A DNA stretch of 63,992 bases, counting the filler, from Thraustochytrium aureum (Eukaryota): the NCBI GenBank assembly GCA_012862495.1. It is 5 parts of 4 records of this genome, joined end to end, with 100 filler letters (N's around TTAATTAATTAA, not from the genome) between each part and the next. Parts side by side here need not be neighbours in the genome. Positions count along the whole stretch, not along the records: positions 26,702 to 48,641 come from BLSG01000121.1; 4 more parts are not named here. One strand, 5' to 3'. Position 1 is the stretch's first letter; each line of letters begins with the position of its first letter. A program made the position numbers and the translations under genes. The notes beneath the pieces were generated by a model. The model was given only the letters and a program-made list of their open reading frames with translations, searched no databases and was not told where the DNA came from. Shown piece by piece: positions 34,504 to 46,296 of this stretch.

Positions 34504-36122
34504 TTACTTGGCAGCCTTTGGGCCCCGGCCTGCTTGCTCATGATGATCTGGTCGATGCGCAGGATGGAGATGGCGGCGTCCGACGAGAGGCGCAGCGCCT
34601 GCAGCTTGGCAGCGAACGTGTCGAAGATGCCCTTCTCCTTCATGCACGAAACCGTGCCGGCCTCCACGTTGATGCCAGTTGTGGCCTGCCCCTTGCTGTG
34701 GGCCGCGTACAGGTCGCTAATGACCTCGGTGGGGTCCCGGCCCGAGTTCTCGGCGAGAGTCTTGGGGATCACCTCAAGCGCCTCCGCAAACTTTTTGATT
34801 GCGTACTGCTCGAGCCCAGGGGTCTTCTCCCCAACCTTGGCGATCCGCGCAGCCATCTCGATCTCGGTGGCGCCGCCGCCCGGGAGAAGGCGCGGGTCCT
34901 TGCAATAGGTCTTGACGGTGTTGACGCCATCGTCGATGGCGCGCTCCAGGTCGTCGAGCTGGTTTGTGGTCGAGCTCCGCAGAACGACGGAGGACACGAT
35001 CGACTCCTCGGCATTTTGCTCGAACACGATGCAGCGGCCGCCGGCGATCTCGCGGGTCTCCACGAGGTCGCAGTGGCCCATCTCGTCCGGCATGACCGGA
35101 CCGAGGCGGACGAGCGCGGTAGCCCCCACCGTGCGGCACAGCCGGCGCAGCTGCCACTTGGAGGTAACCTTGACGGCCAGAAGGCCGTAGCGGTCGATGT
35201 AGTGCAGCGCCATTTCGCTGAGCGACCCGCCGCTGACCACGACGTTGGCGCCTGACTCCTTGATGCCGCGAATCTGCTCCTCCATGAGCGCCTCCTCGCT
35301 CTTGTTGTAGTTGAGTAGCTCGTCGGCGTTGTTCAGGCAAACCGTGCCCTTCGTCTCCGTTTGTGCCGCTTCCACCGAGGTGCCAAACACAGCGATCTTG
35401 GCGTTCTCCACGCGCTGCACGATGCCTTCAGCCGGGCGCCGGATGATCATGCCCTTGAGCACGTTGGACATGGTGATGTTGCCGCCGATCAACTTGACGA
35501 TCCGAACGTTGTCCATGTCGAGCGCGGGCTCTTTTGGGGCTGGGGGCAGAACCATCGTGGTGGCCTTTGCGACCAGGCCCGCCATGAGCTCGCCGTAGCC
35601 AAACTTTTTCGAGTCCACCACACCGCGCAGCGCGCGGGCCACCTCGGCCTCGTCGCGGACGTCCTTGACCTGGTCGCAAACGAGCTCGTGCAGGGTGTCG
35701 AGGCAAATGTCGGTCGCCTTCTTGTAGCCCTGGATAATTTCTGCGGGGTGCACGCCCACGCGCAGGAGCCCTTGCGCCTGCAGCAGGAGCTCAGAGGCGA
35801 ACGTGACCACAAAGTTGGTGCAGTCCCCGTACTCTTGCTCCTGCATTTTGGCCGCCATGACGACCATCTTCGCGGCAGGGTGGATCACCTCGAGCTCGCT
35901 CATGATCGTCGCGGCGTCGCTGGTGACGAAGATTTTGTCGAGGTGGTTGACCACGAGCTTGTTCATCCCGTTGGGGCCCATCGATGTCCGCGTGATTTTT
36001 CCCAAGTCGTTGACGGCCGAGATATTCTTCAGGATGGCCTGCTCCAGCCCGGACATCTCCTTGTACCCATCCTTCAGCAGGCCGCCGAGGCCGCTTCCCA
36101 CCTGAATCTGCGGCGACCCCAT
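34504..36122 (-). CDS. CCT8: T-complex protein 1 subunit theta
   Basis: TSMGPNGMNKLVVNHLDK.FVTSDAATI, QEQEYGDCTN, SKWQLRRLCRTVGA, LDDLERAIDDGVN, LRIDQIIMSKQAG. One extra G gives the expected AGGPKAAK* end (assembled stop 34485). Confidence 0.97.
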
Positions 36123-36310
36123 CTCGCCGCTCGCCGCTGTCCTTCCTCCTCGTCACCTCCCGCGAAGCAGGTCCAACGAAGCCGTCGGAACCCTTTCGCC
36201 AGGCACCACCCGGCGCAGCCCTTCCGCGCGGCCTCCCCGGCTCTTGCGCTCTCGCCGCGAGCCCGCCTCGCGCCTGCCGCCTGCCTGCCGCCTCCCGCTG
36301 CTCCGCTGCC

Positions 36311-36311
<1 letters not shown>

Positions 36312-36349
<38 letters not shown>
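36312..36349. repeat. (CTG)12 microsatellite upstream of CCT8
   Basis: Directly visible. Confidence 0.95.
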
Positions 36350-36351
<2 letters not shown>

Positions 36352-37081
36352 CGCGGCGTTGCTGCTCTGCTGCTCGTCTCAGTCTGCGGCTACTGGTCGC
36401 TCGCCGCCCCTCTCTGCCACGCCCTCTCACGCGCTTCCCGCGCTCTGTGANNNNNNNNNNNNNNNNNNNNNNNNNNNNNNNNNNNNNNNNNNNNNNNNNN
36501 NNNNNNNNNNNNNNNNNNNNNNNNNNNNNNNNNNNNNNNNNNNNNNNNNNNNNNNNNNNNNNNNNNNNNNNNNNNNNNNNNNNNNNNNNNNNNNNNNNNN
36601 NNNNNNNNNNNNNNNNNNNNNNNNNNNNNNNNNNNNNNNNNNNNNNNNNNNNNNNNNNNNNNNNNNNNNNNNNNNNNNNNNNNNNNNNNNNNNNNNNNNN
36701 NNNNNNNNNNNNNNNNNNNNNNNNNNNNNNNNNNNNNNNNNNNNNNNNNNNNNNNNNNNNNNNNNNNNNNNNNNNNNNNNNNNNNNNNNNNNNNNNNNNN
36801 NNNNNNNNNNNNNNNNNNNNNNNNNNNNNNNNNNNNNNNNNNNNNNNNNNNNNNNNNNNNNNNNNNNNNNNNNNNNNNNNNNNNNNNNNNNNNNNNNNNN
36901 NNNNNNNNNNNNNNNNNNNNNNNNNNNNNNNNNNNNNNNNNNNNNNNNNNNNNNNNNNNNNNNNNNNNNNNNNNNNNNNNNNNNNNNNNNNNNNNNNNNN
37001 NNNNNNNNNNNNNNNNNNNNNNNNNNNNNNNNNNNNNNNNNNNNNNNNNNNNNNNNNNNNNNNNNNNNNNNNNNNNNNNNN

Positions 37082-37427
37082 TGGAACATGGCTTTCCCGT
37101 CAACGTGGATGGCCCTGCCGTACATCGGAACGCACATGGCCATTGCGGTGGTGAGGAGCCCGACGCGCGCAAGCGCTTCCTGGCCGCGCTTCGAGAGCGC
37201 CAAATTGATCGAGCGCTTCGCCACGCTTCTGTCTTGCCCGTTCGCCTCCATGTCATTCTGCTCGACCAGATTGCTGCGTCGTTCAACGAGCTGAACGTGA
37301 AACCCGAGCCGCGCAATGGCGACGGCTGCCAACGCACCGACGAGGCCGCCCCGACCACCACCACCTTCTTTTGCTCCTTGGCAGAGGCGCCGCCTGCGCC
37401 TGCGCCTGCGCCTGCGCTCGGGGCCAT
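37082..37427 (-). CDS. KMO: Kynurenine 3-monooxygenase, 5' fragment (frameshift in GxGxxG codons; rest in gap)
   Basis: KKVVVVGA/GLVGALAAVAIARLGF.V..ERR, RSINLALS.RG..AL..VGL and PMYGRAIH are KMO signatures. Confidence 0.85.
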
Positions 37428-38050
37428 TGTAAGCCGGAACACGCCCCTGCGCTTTGGCGGCTTGGAGGTGCGAGCGGGTCGCCGGCTCGTTCTTTCTTGC
37501 CTTTAGCGAGAGGATCCCTCTGCCAGTGACGATCCGTCGCAAACCGCTCACTGCCTGCTTTCTGCTGCAGGTCGGCGTCGACCTCGTACGTGAGCAGCAC
37601 GTGCGCCCGTCGCCTGCCTGATGAGAACAGCCTCGGCGGCTGCGCTTCTCCGGAAATTCCTGAACTCGCCTCAACGCTTTCTGTGCGCGAGTACCAGACT
37701 TACGAGAAAGGTAGAGCGTCGTTCGAGTTGTCGCCCCAGCGAGCTGGCGCCGAGCCTTGCGCACTGCGCGAGCTGCATAGAGCATCGAGGCAGAGTAAGT
37801 ACAGTGGGCTTCGCTCTGGTCAAGCTCGCTGCCTCGACGGCGCTGCGCGGAGGGACGGCGCTCGTTGGGGCTACTCGAGCTCTCTCACCTGGAAACTGAC
37901 ACGCATCAAATCGGGTCGACGCAAGCAGAGTAGCTTTTTTCCAATTGATCTAAGTACAACACGGGCCAGCGGGCCGCGCGATCGCCGCACCAACCGCCCG
38001 CAGGCTGGCGGCCGGAAGCGACCCCCAGGCGCAACAACCTGCCGCGAAAA

Positions 38051-39040
38051 TCATATGTCAACGCCACTCGTCTGCCCCGTCTCTGGCGACGCAGCAGAGT
38101 CCAAGAGCCGCTCATGCAGCGCCGCGTACCCGTCGCGACCGAGGAGGCCGCTAGGCACGCCAAAAACGCGACGCCGCAGCGTGTCGCCGCGGTGCAGCGC
38201 ACGGCGCGAGTTGAAAACCACGATGGCGGTCACCGTGACCCACTGCGTGAAAAACTGGACCAAGTACCGCGCCCAGGCGTGCGGCTGCGCTTGGAGCGTC
38301 GGGAAGTCCTTGATTGCGAGCCAGAGCTGCACGGCTCCAAAGCTGGCAAGCCCGAGCGTCGAGGCCAGCGTCACACCAAGCAAGCGCCACAGCACGCGCG
38401 TCAGGATGGCAGAGTGGATCGGCACGCCCAGAGCCGCAGACCGCACGGTATAGTGCCCCAAGATGTGAAGGCTCGCAAGAAGCCCACTCGCGGCAGCCAT
38501 GAGCGAGTGCAGGTAGAGCCCGCCGCGCTCGGTCCGCCAGGCCGCAGGCACGACCAAGGCGATTGTTCCGCTTGCGAGACCTACTGCCCCTGCGAAGCCG
38601 ACTGGAAAGGCGAGCCGCGCGAGCTCTGGCGAGGCTGCCGCGCCGGCCTTGTTCAGGTGGAGCAAGCTGATGCTGCAGAGCGCCAAGAACAGGCCGTCTG
38701 CAAACGGCTCCACCCGCCGCGCGTCCACCCTATGCAGGCCCCACTCGCTTGGAGCTGCGTCGTCCGCGACCAGCACCCAGGTCCGCAGTAACGCCACAGC
38801 GGCCGCAAGCGCCAAGCACCGCACCTGCGCGCCGCGCCAAGCCCTTGCCAGTCGGGCCGTGGCCGCGCCCCACCTGCGCCGCCATGACCCGCCCTCCCCA
38901 GCCTCGACCTCTTGCGGCCTCCCGCTCCTGCAGGCCTGGACCTGCCTCGCCAGGCACAGCCCGGCCGCGACGACAGCAAGCCCCGCAAACGCTGCCGCGA
39001 CGCCAATGGCGGCCGCCTGCTCCGCCCTCGTCGCGTCCAT
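38051..39040 (-). CDS. Orphan seven-transmembrane protein
   Basis: 329 aa with seven hydrophobic stretches and no signal peptide. Confidence 0.7.
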   Translation of the reverse strand: MDATRAEQAAAIGVAAAFAGLAVVAAGLCLARQVQACRSGRPQEVEAGEGGSWRRRWGAATARLARAWRGAQVRCLALAAAVALLRTWVLVADDAAPSEWGLHRVDARRVEPFADGLFLALCSISLLHLNKAGAAASPELARLAFPVGFAGAVGLASGTIALVVPAAWRTERGGLYLHSLMAAASGLLASLHILGHYTVRSAALGVPIHSAILTRVLWRLLGVTLASTLGLASFGAVQLWLAIKDFPTLQAQPHAWARYLVQFFTQWVTVTAIVVFNSRRALHRGDTLRRRVFGVPSGLLGRDGYAALHERLLDSAASPETGQTSGVDI

Positions 39041-39438
39041 CGCGCCAGGCCTGGCCCTCGCAGGCGACGCGCAACGCCAGCACCCTCGTGCGCGAAGCGT
39101 AAGCGCCCAGCCGGCGGCGCGAGGCCAAGCAGCGCGACCTGGGTCTGCCCGTCCTTGGCGAGAAGGCGAGGTGGGTTGCCAAAAGCAGAGCCTGCCAGAC
39201 CCCAAACGCGGCTGGACGCCAAGTAGCGAGCGCCTGGAGCAGAGGAGCAGGAAGGCGCGCGAGGAGGAGCGGGCGCGGCCGGCAGGGCAGAGGGGCGGGC
39301 GCGGCAAACGCTGGGCGGCGCTTCGTGGACGCTTGGCTTGCGCGCGCGCGCAGAAGGACGGGCGCGTGGAGCTAGCTGCTCTGGACCGCGCAGGATTTTT
39401 TGAATTTTTGGGGGGGTTTTGAACGTGGTTCGGCAGAC

Positions 39439-40824
39439 ATGGCGGACGCCGCGCATGACGTGGAGATGGAGTACGGGANNNNNNNNNNNNNNNNNNNNNN
39501 NNNNNNNNNNNNNNNNNNNNNNNNNNNNNNNNNNNNNNNNNNNNNNNNNNNNNNNNNNNNNNNNNNNNNNNNNNNNNNNNNNNNNNNNNNNNNNNNNNNN
39601 NNNNNNNNNNNNNNNNNNNNNNNNNNNNNNNNNNNNNNNNNNNNNNNNNNNNNNNNNNNNNNNNNNNNNNNNNNNNNNNNNNNNNNNNNNNNNNNNNNNN
39701 NNNNNNNNNNNNNNNNNNNNNNNNNNNNNNNNNNNNNNNNNNNNNNNNNNNNNNNNNNNNNNNNNNNNNNNNNNNNNNNNNNNNNNNNNNNNNNNNNNNN
39801 NNNNNNNNNNNNNNNNNNNNNNNNNNNNNNNNNNNNNNNNNNNNNNNNNNNNNNNNNNNNNNNNNNNNNNNNNNNNNNNNNNNNNNNNNNNNNNNNNNNN
39901 NNNNNNNNNNNNNNNNNNNNNNNNNNNNNNNNNNNNNNNNNNNNNNNNNNNNNNNNNNNNNNCTGTGGCGGGGCCGGTCGACGTTTTTTCGTGCGCGACC
40001 ACGAGTCGCAGCCGGGGCAGGATGGTCCCGCTCAGCCAAACCTACGCTGCACGGGGCACACCCAAGAGGGCTACGGCCTAGACTGGAATCCGCTGGCAAA
40101 GGGCCTCCTTGCCAGCGCGTCTGACGACGGCTCCGTCTGTGTCTGGGACACCCAAGGCTCCACTGTGGATGCGAACGGCCTTGCTCCGCTCCACAAGCTT
40201 GATACGGCCCACCGGGGCGTGGTAGGCGACGTGCAGTGGCACCGCCAGCACAAGGACATGTTTGGCACCGTGGGCGACGACCGCATGTTGCACCTCTACG
40301 ACATGCGCGACCTCACGCAGCCAAAGTACAGCGTCGAGGCGCACTCCAAGGAGGTGCAGTCGCTCTCCTTCTCGCCGTTCAATGAGTTCCTCCTCATTTC
40401 CGGAGGTGCAGACAACACGATCAAGCTCTGGGACCTGAGGAAAATCGCCAACCCCTTGCACATGTTCAATGGGCACGATGACGAAGTCCTCAAGGTAGAG
40501 TGGGCCCCCTTCAGCGAGGCCGTGATGGCCTCTTGCAGTGCGGACCGTCGCGTCATGATCTGGGACTTGAGCCGGATTGGCCAGGAGCAGACCCCGGAGG
40601 ACGCAGAAGACGGGCCGCCCGAGCTCCTCTTCATTCATGGCGGCCACACGAGCAAGGTGTCCGACTTTTCGTGGAATGTGAATGACCCCTGGGTGCTGGC
40701 AAGCGTCGCAGAGGACAATGTGGTGCAGATCTGGCAGCCCGCCGAGAACATCTACGCCGAGGAGGGCGACCAGGCGGACCCCTCCAAGGCCGGCAACGTC
40801 CCGTCGGATGACAAGCTTGAGTGA
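39439..40824 (+). CDS. RBBP4: Histone-binding WD40 protein RBBP4/7 (MSI1, CAF-1 p48); spans an N gap
   Basis: GH..EGYGL.WNP...G.L.SASDD, LWDLRK, DRRV.IWDLSRIG.EQ.PEDAEDGPPELLFIHGGHT.K.SDFSWN...W...SV.EDN..QIWQ.AE.IY. Confidence 0.96.
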   Translation: MADAAHDVEMEYGXXXXXXXXXXXXXXXXXXXXXXXXXXXXXXXXXXXXXXXXXXXXXXXXXXXXXXXXXXXXXXXXXXXXXXXXXXXXXXXXXXXXXXXXXXXXXXXXXXXXXXXXXXXXXXXXXXXXXXXXXXXXXXXXXXXXXXXXXXXXXXXXXXXXXXXXXXXXXXXXXXCGGAGRRFFVRDHESQPGQDGPAQPNLRCTGHTQEGYGLDWNPLAKGLLASASDDGSVCVWDTQGSTVDANGLAPLHKLDTAHRGVVGDVQWHRQHKDMFGTVGDDRMLHLYDMRDLTQPKYSVEAHSKEVQSLSFSPFNEFLLISGGADNTIKLWDLRKIANPLHMFNGHDDEVLKVEWAPFSEAVMASCSADRRVMIWDLSRIGQEQTPEDAEDGPPELLFIHGGHTSKVSDFSWNVNDPWVLASVAEDNVVQIWQPAENIYAEEGDQADPSKAGNVPSDDKLE

Positions 40825-41017
40825 GTGCGAGGGCGGATATGCGCAGCTGGCGGTTGACCGTGCCCGCGCCGAGGAGGCCGGCCGATTGTGGCGCAAAAGC
40901 TCTAGCTCGAGTAGAGATGAACGAAGAATTGGCAAAAGGTGCATGCTCGAGAAGTTTGCGGTCGAAGTCTACTCGCTCCCCCGTTGAGTTGGAGGTCGCT
41001 TCTGCGCCGCCGTTGGA

Positions 41018-42002
41018 TCAAGCGAGGAGCGGTTGGGAGCCCGCGCCGCCAGCGTCCAAACGGTCCACGTCCGCCGGGAGTCTACCGCGCCACACAGCGG
41101 ACGCAAAGTGGTACAAGAGGCTAAGCGTGCCAAGGCTGATGCCAGCAGCGACGCCCAGGTCAACGATCTGGTGGTACGGGTCCTTGAGCCTCTTGACAAG
41201 CACGATCAGTACCACGATACCTGGGTAAAGCGTGTAGGCGATCAGGAGGCGCTTGCGCGAGGCGCAGAACACACCCATTGCGAAAAGGGGAGCCAGCAAG
41301 GCGCACAGCAGGCTCCCGGCGCTAAAGCGCAGCGCCTGCGGAAGCATCAAGCTNNNNNNNNNNNNNNNNNNNNNNNNNNNNNNNNNNNNNNNNNNNNNNN
41401 NNNNNNNNNNNNNNNNNNNNNNNNNNNNNNNNNNNNNNNNNNNNNNNNNNNNNNNNNNNNNNNNNNNNNNNNNNNNNNNNNNNNNNNNNNNNNNNNNNNN
41501 NNNNNNNNNNNNNNNNNNNNNNNNNNNNNNNNNNNNNNNNNNNNNNNNNNNNNNNNNNNNNNNNNNNNNNNNNNNNNNNNNNNNNNNNNNNNNNNNNNNN
41601 NNNNNNNNNNNNNNNNNNNNNNNNNNNNNNNNNNNNNNNNNNNNNNNNNNNNNNNNNNNNNNNNNNNNNNNNNNNNNNNAATACCACACAGACGCCGAGC
41701 AGGACCCAGTCCCAGAACCGCAGCGCGGGCACATCATCGTCCAGGACGTGCAACCCCACCGAGGTCACGCCGTGTGCAGCGCCGGCCAGAATCGCAAGCG
41801 TCACCAGGTATGCGTACAGCGCTATCGCCCAACCTCCGCAGCCCTGAGGAAGTCGCTCCTCCACCTCGTCGCCGAGCGCGGGCACCGCTCCGTCATCCCC
41901 ATCGCCCGCCTCGCTCGCGCCGTCGTCCTCGTCCACGGCAGCGGCCCAGGAGCGCACGTCGTGCCACGGGAGGCTCGGGAGGGAGAAGTGGCGCACCGCC
42001 AT
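41018..42002 (-). CDS. Uncharacterised multi-pass membrane protein; spans an N gap
   Basis: Hydrophobic frames on both sides of the gap; C-terminal half APLFAMGVF.A...GIVVLIVLVK.L.DPY..IVD.GV.AG. Confidence 0.65.
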
Positions 42003-42384
42003 GGTCGCGGGCTCTTCGCAACGCAGCCCTGCGTGCCGCAGGGGCAACCTCGCTTGCAAATAAACCCCGTCGCGCGCCGCCGCGGCTGCAGGTGCTACTG
42101 CTCGCTCTGCCGCCACCGCCGCCGCCGCCGCCGCCGGGAGGAGAGAGATCCGCGACGAGCTGGACGGAGCTGTGGCAGTGTCCTTGAAGCTGAGGGATTG
42201 ATGCAATCCAATCGCGCGCGCTTCGGGGAGTGAGGAACGCCCAGCGTTCTGCTCTCTCCGGCGGCCGCGGAGGCAGCGAGGTCTACTGCGACCGCCTGTA
42301 TCGCGAAAGCTCGCTCTGCAGCGGCCTGCGGTCGCGCGGCGGGGTTGCTCGCCGCGAGGCTTGCGAACGCGCCTCCGGCGGCTC

Positions 42385-44047
42385 TCACGGGGCGCTTGAC
42401 GGCGGCTTGATGAGCCCGCTGCCCTCGAGCGCTTTGAGCAGGGCCGTGGCCTGCTGCACAGCGTACTCGTTCGAAGGGTCTTGCTCAACCGCGCTGTACA
42501 GCAACTTGCCACGCTGCGGGATGTCCTCTGTGCAGAGCCCAAGGGCGGTGAGGAGGTTGGACTTTTCCCGTCGCTGCCGCCCCGGGGCGGCTCGCACGGA
42601 AGGCGGGGCTGCTCTGCCGAGCCTGCCGAGCGCCTCGTTGAGCAACCCGAGCGCCTCGGGGCACTTTGCGTTGTTGCGGAGAATCAGCGCGAACAGGAAG
42701 ACCGACTGGGTATCCCCGCTTTCGAGCCGCTCGCGGATGATCGGCCGCAGGACGGGCTCCGCGCCGGCGTTGTCGCCGACGAGCGCCATCTGGTAGGCGC
42801 AGTTGTACCGCGTGTGGTGGCTTCTCGGGTTGACCTCGAAAGCAGACTTCCAGAGCGAGAGCTGCGACGACCAGGCAAGGTTGCGCTCGGAGGTCTTGGC
42901 TGCGAGCGCAGCGATTGCCATCGCGGCGAGCGCGACAGGAAGCCGCCTTAGCGTTGGCCGTGCCTTGCCGGCGGCGGCCGATGGCGGCCCTTGCGATTGG
43001 ACCGCCACGTGTCGAAATGCTAGTGCCAGACACTGGCAAAAGCCGAGGAGCGGCAGGTAGAGCACTCGGTCGGCCTTCATGGTCCCGATTACCACGAACA
43101 GGTTGGAGGCCACTAGGAAGGGAGCCGCCGTGAACGCCCAGAAAGCGAGAAGCAGCGCGCGACGCCCAGGCTCCAGAGGGACGCCTTCGATACGTTCTGG
43201 CTCGGCGGGCGGGAGCAGCGTGTAGCGAGCAACGCAGAGCAGCGCGAACCAGAGGGCAGCGACAGCGAGCGACCTCGCGTCGAACACGGAGCGGAGCAGC
43301 TCGATGCTCTGTCCAGACCAGTCGCAGGAGAGCCAGGCCGGAAGGACTGCGTCAAGGACGTACAAACAGTACACGTAGTTGATCGACAGAACGCGCGTGA
43401 GCGCGTCGTCGGCGAAGGCGGCCGGGTTTTGGTCGACCACAAAGTCGGGGACCGAATTGCCGTTCATCCGCAGGCGCGCTGTGCAAGCAGCCGCCGTGGC
43501 AAGGCCCAGCAACGCGAGCCGAAAGGCGAACCGCCTGGCCCGCGCTTGGCCGCGGGCAAGCCCGCTTAAAAGGTTCCGCAGCGACCCGACCGAGTCGGCA
43601 AAGTCCAGAACGGCGCAAGAGACAAGCGCAGATGCGCCCTGCTCCTTCGAGAGGAGCGAGAGGACCATACAGAGCGTTGGCGGCACCGTGGACATCGCGC
43701 TACCTTTCCACGAATCGGCAGCGCCTCGCCTGAGCGCAGCCGCATAGGCAAGAAAAGCCAAAAGGTAGAAGAGCGCCATGAGGAGCTCTGCCCGGCCCGT
43801 CACGTTGCTCACGGCCTCGGCGTGGACGGGGTGGGCCGCGAAAGTGAGGCCCGCCGCAAGCAGCGCCGCGGCGTCGGCAAGCTCGTCGCCCTCACAGAGC
43901 ACCACGGCGGAGGCGCTCGTTGCGGCAGCCGACACGACGGCGTGCAGAACGACGTTGGTCCAGTGAAACGCCAGCGTCTCGTCAGCGGTGCCAAGTGCTC
44001 CGGTCCACTCGGCCCACACATAGTTGGCGCGGAGCGAGAGCGTTGTC
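42385..44047 (-). CDS. TMTC: TMTC-family protein O-mannosyltransferase (DUF1736 + TPR); 5' end in gap
   Basis: FHWTNVVLH, FAAHPVHAEAV..V.GRAELL, LSKEQG, NPAAF, LSCDWS, ADRVLYLP..GFC, RN.AW, followed by TPRs. Confidence 0.93.
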
Positions 44048-44880
44048 ANNNNNNNNNNNNNNNNNNNNNNNNNNNNNNNNNNNNNNNNNNNNNNNNNNNN
44101 NNNNNNNNNNNNNNNNNNNNNNNNNNNNNNNNNNNNNNNNNNNNNNNNNNNNNNNNNNNNNNNNNNNNNNNNNNNNNNNNNNNNNNNNNNNNNNNNNNNN
44201 NNNNNNNNNNNNNNNNNNNNNNNNNNNNNNNNNNNNNNNNNNNNNNNNNNNNNNNNNNNNNNNNNNNNNNNNNNNNNNNNNNNNNNNNNNNNNNNNNNNN
44301 NNNNNNNNNNNNNNNNNNNNNNNNNNNNNNNNNNNNNNNNNNNNNNNNNNNNNNNNNNNNNNNNNNNNNNNNNNNNNNNNNNNNNNNNNNNNNNNNNNNN
44401 NNNNNNNNNNNNNNNNNNNNNNNNNNNNNNNNNNNNNNNNNNNNNNNNNNNNNNNNNNNNNNNNNNNNNNNNNNNNNNNNNNNNNNNNNNNNNNNNNNNN
44501 NNNNNNNNNNNNNNNNNNNNNNNNNNNNNNNNNNNNNNNNNNNNNNNNNNNNNNNNNNNNNNNNNNNNNNNNNNNNNNNNNNNNNNNNNNNNNNNNNNNN
44601 NNNNNNNNNNNNNNNNNNNNNNNNNNNNNNNNNNNNNNNNNNNNNNNNNNNNNNNNNNNNNNNNNNNNNNNNNNNNNNNNNNNNNNNNNNNNNNNNNNNN
44701 NNNNNNNNNNNNNNNNNNNNNNNNNNNNNNNNNNNNNNNNNNNNNNNNNNNNNNNNNNNNNNNNNNNNNNNNNNNNNNNNNNNNNNNNNNNNNNNNNNNN
44801 NNNNNNNNNNNNNNNNNNNNNNNNNNNNNNNNNNNNNNNNNNNNNNNNNNNNNNNNNNNNNNNNNNNNNNNNNNNNNNNN

Positions 44881-46296
44881 GCTGGCGCTTCCAGCGCATC
44901 GCTATCGTGGCCGCGCGCATGCCCACGCTCTGGGGCGCGCTCTTGTTTGCCGTGCGCGCCGGCCAACCACAGCTAGGTGACGTTAAAGACAGTCTTGCGC
45001 TTCCAGCGCATCGCTATCGTGGCCGCGCGCATGCCCACGTTGAGCGCGCCCACGCTCTGTCGCGCTCTGTTGATTTGCGCAATTTTGTCCAGCAGCGTCT
45101 TGGGCACGTTGAGCTTTTCCTCGCTCAGAAAGGCGAGGTAGTCGTCGAGGTTGAGCTTGAGCACGTTGTCGCGCACGATGGCGATGAGGCGCTGGAGCGC
45201 CACCGACTTGTGATCGTCGCGGTGGAGCACGTGCAGGAGAATCTGCTTAAAGAGGTCTTCGTTGAGCGTCCATCCCTCAACAATGATCTGTCGAAGTGCC
45301 GCCAGGAACCGCTGCTCAGGAACAGAGAGCGGCTGGGCCATTTCGCGGGACCTTTCCAGGAGCGACTGGTACCAAACGCTGTTGGCCAGGTTGAACTCGC
45401 GCTGGACCGACCGCAGCTCTCGAGTCGTTGCTCGCATGAGGTTGAGCTGCTTTCGAGCGTCAAAGGTGCAAGTCTCCGCGGCGCCGAGCTCTGAGGTGGC
45501 GCCTGCCGTATAGAGGCTCGGATTGAGAGCCACGTCGAGTGCGACAAACTTGCGCCGGTACTCGCTGCTGCGTTCCAGCTCGACGGTGTGAATGCGCTCG
45601 CCCAGCTCCTCGTGGAGCCGAGCCTTGATCTGCCCAAACTCTGTACTCCGGCCCAGGATGCCCGCGGTCGCCGACTTGCTCATCGCGGCAGCAGCCTGGA
45701 TCTTTTTGAGCACTTTGTCGCGTTCCTTGTCCAGCCTCGCGGAACGCGCAGCGTCGGCTTGCCTCGCCTGCTCGACCTGGTACGCCTCTGCCACGGGCAG
45801 TTCTACGGGCTGGCCACGCGCGAGCTTGGCCGCCAAGGCCTGCGTGTGCGTGAGCTTGGCTGCGCGGCGAGGAAAGTGCAGCACGTACGACGGGAGCCGC
45901 TTGCGCTGGCGTTCGCTGAGTGGGTGGGCGCCAGCCAGGGCCTCGCGGTGCAGCCTAGCGTGCGTCGCGGCCTCGGCTGAGCTAGATCCTGAGTCGATGC
46001 TTTGCCGGCGGCCTCCCTGGGCCGGACCCCGGTGCCTGCTGCCCCTATTGGCTGTCGGGCCCCGCGGCCCCCGCCCCCGCGCAAGAGGGCCATAAAGTCG
46101 ACCTCTGTTTCCGCGATGGATGAGTTCGATGAAGTGCTCGCGCGCCGGCTTGAAAGGCTTCGCACGCTTCCTGTTGAGGAGCGTCGTTCGGCGCGCCTTC
46201 GCTTTTGCTTGCCAGTCGGCTGAGGCTGGCGACCCGCCGAGGCTTTGCCGCCGAGCCGAATACCATCCAAACTCCCTTTTCCAGGCGCTCTGATGT
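44881..46296 (-). CDS. Uncharacterised protein fragment between gaps, with duplicated C-terminal VGMRAATIAMRWKR motif
   Basis: Long open helical frame. A ~42-bp duplicate lies at 112-nt spacing; one base fewer would keep it in frame past the TAG at 44973. Confidence 0.6.
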
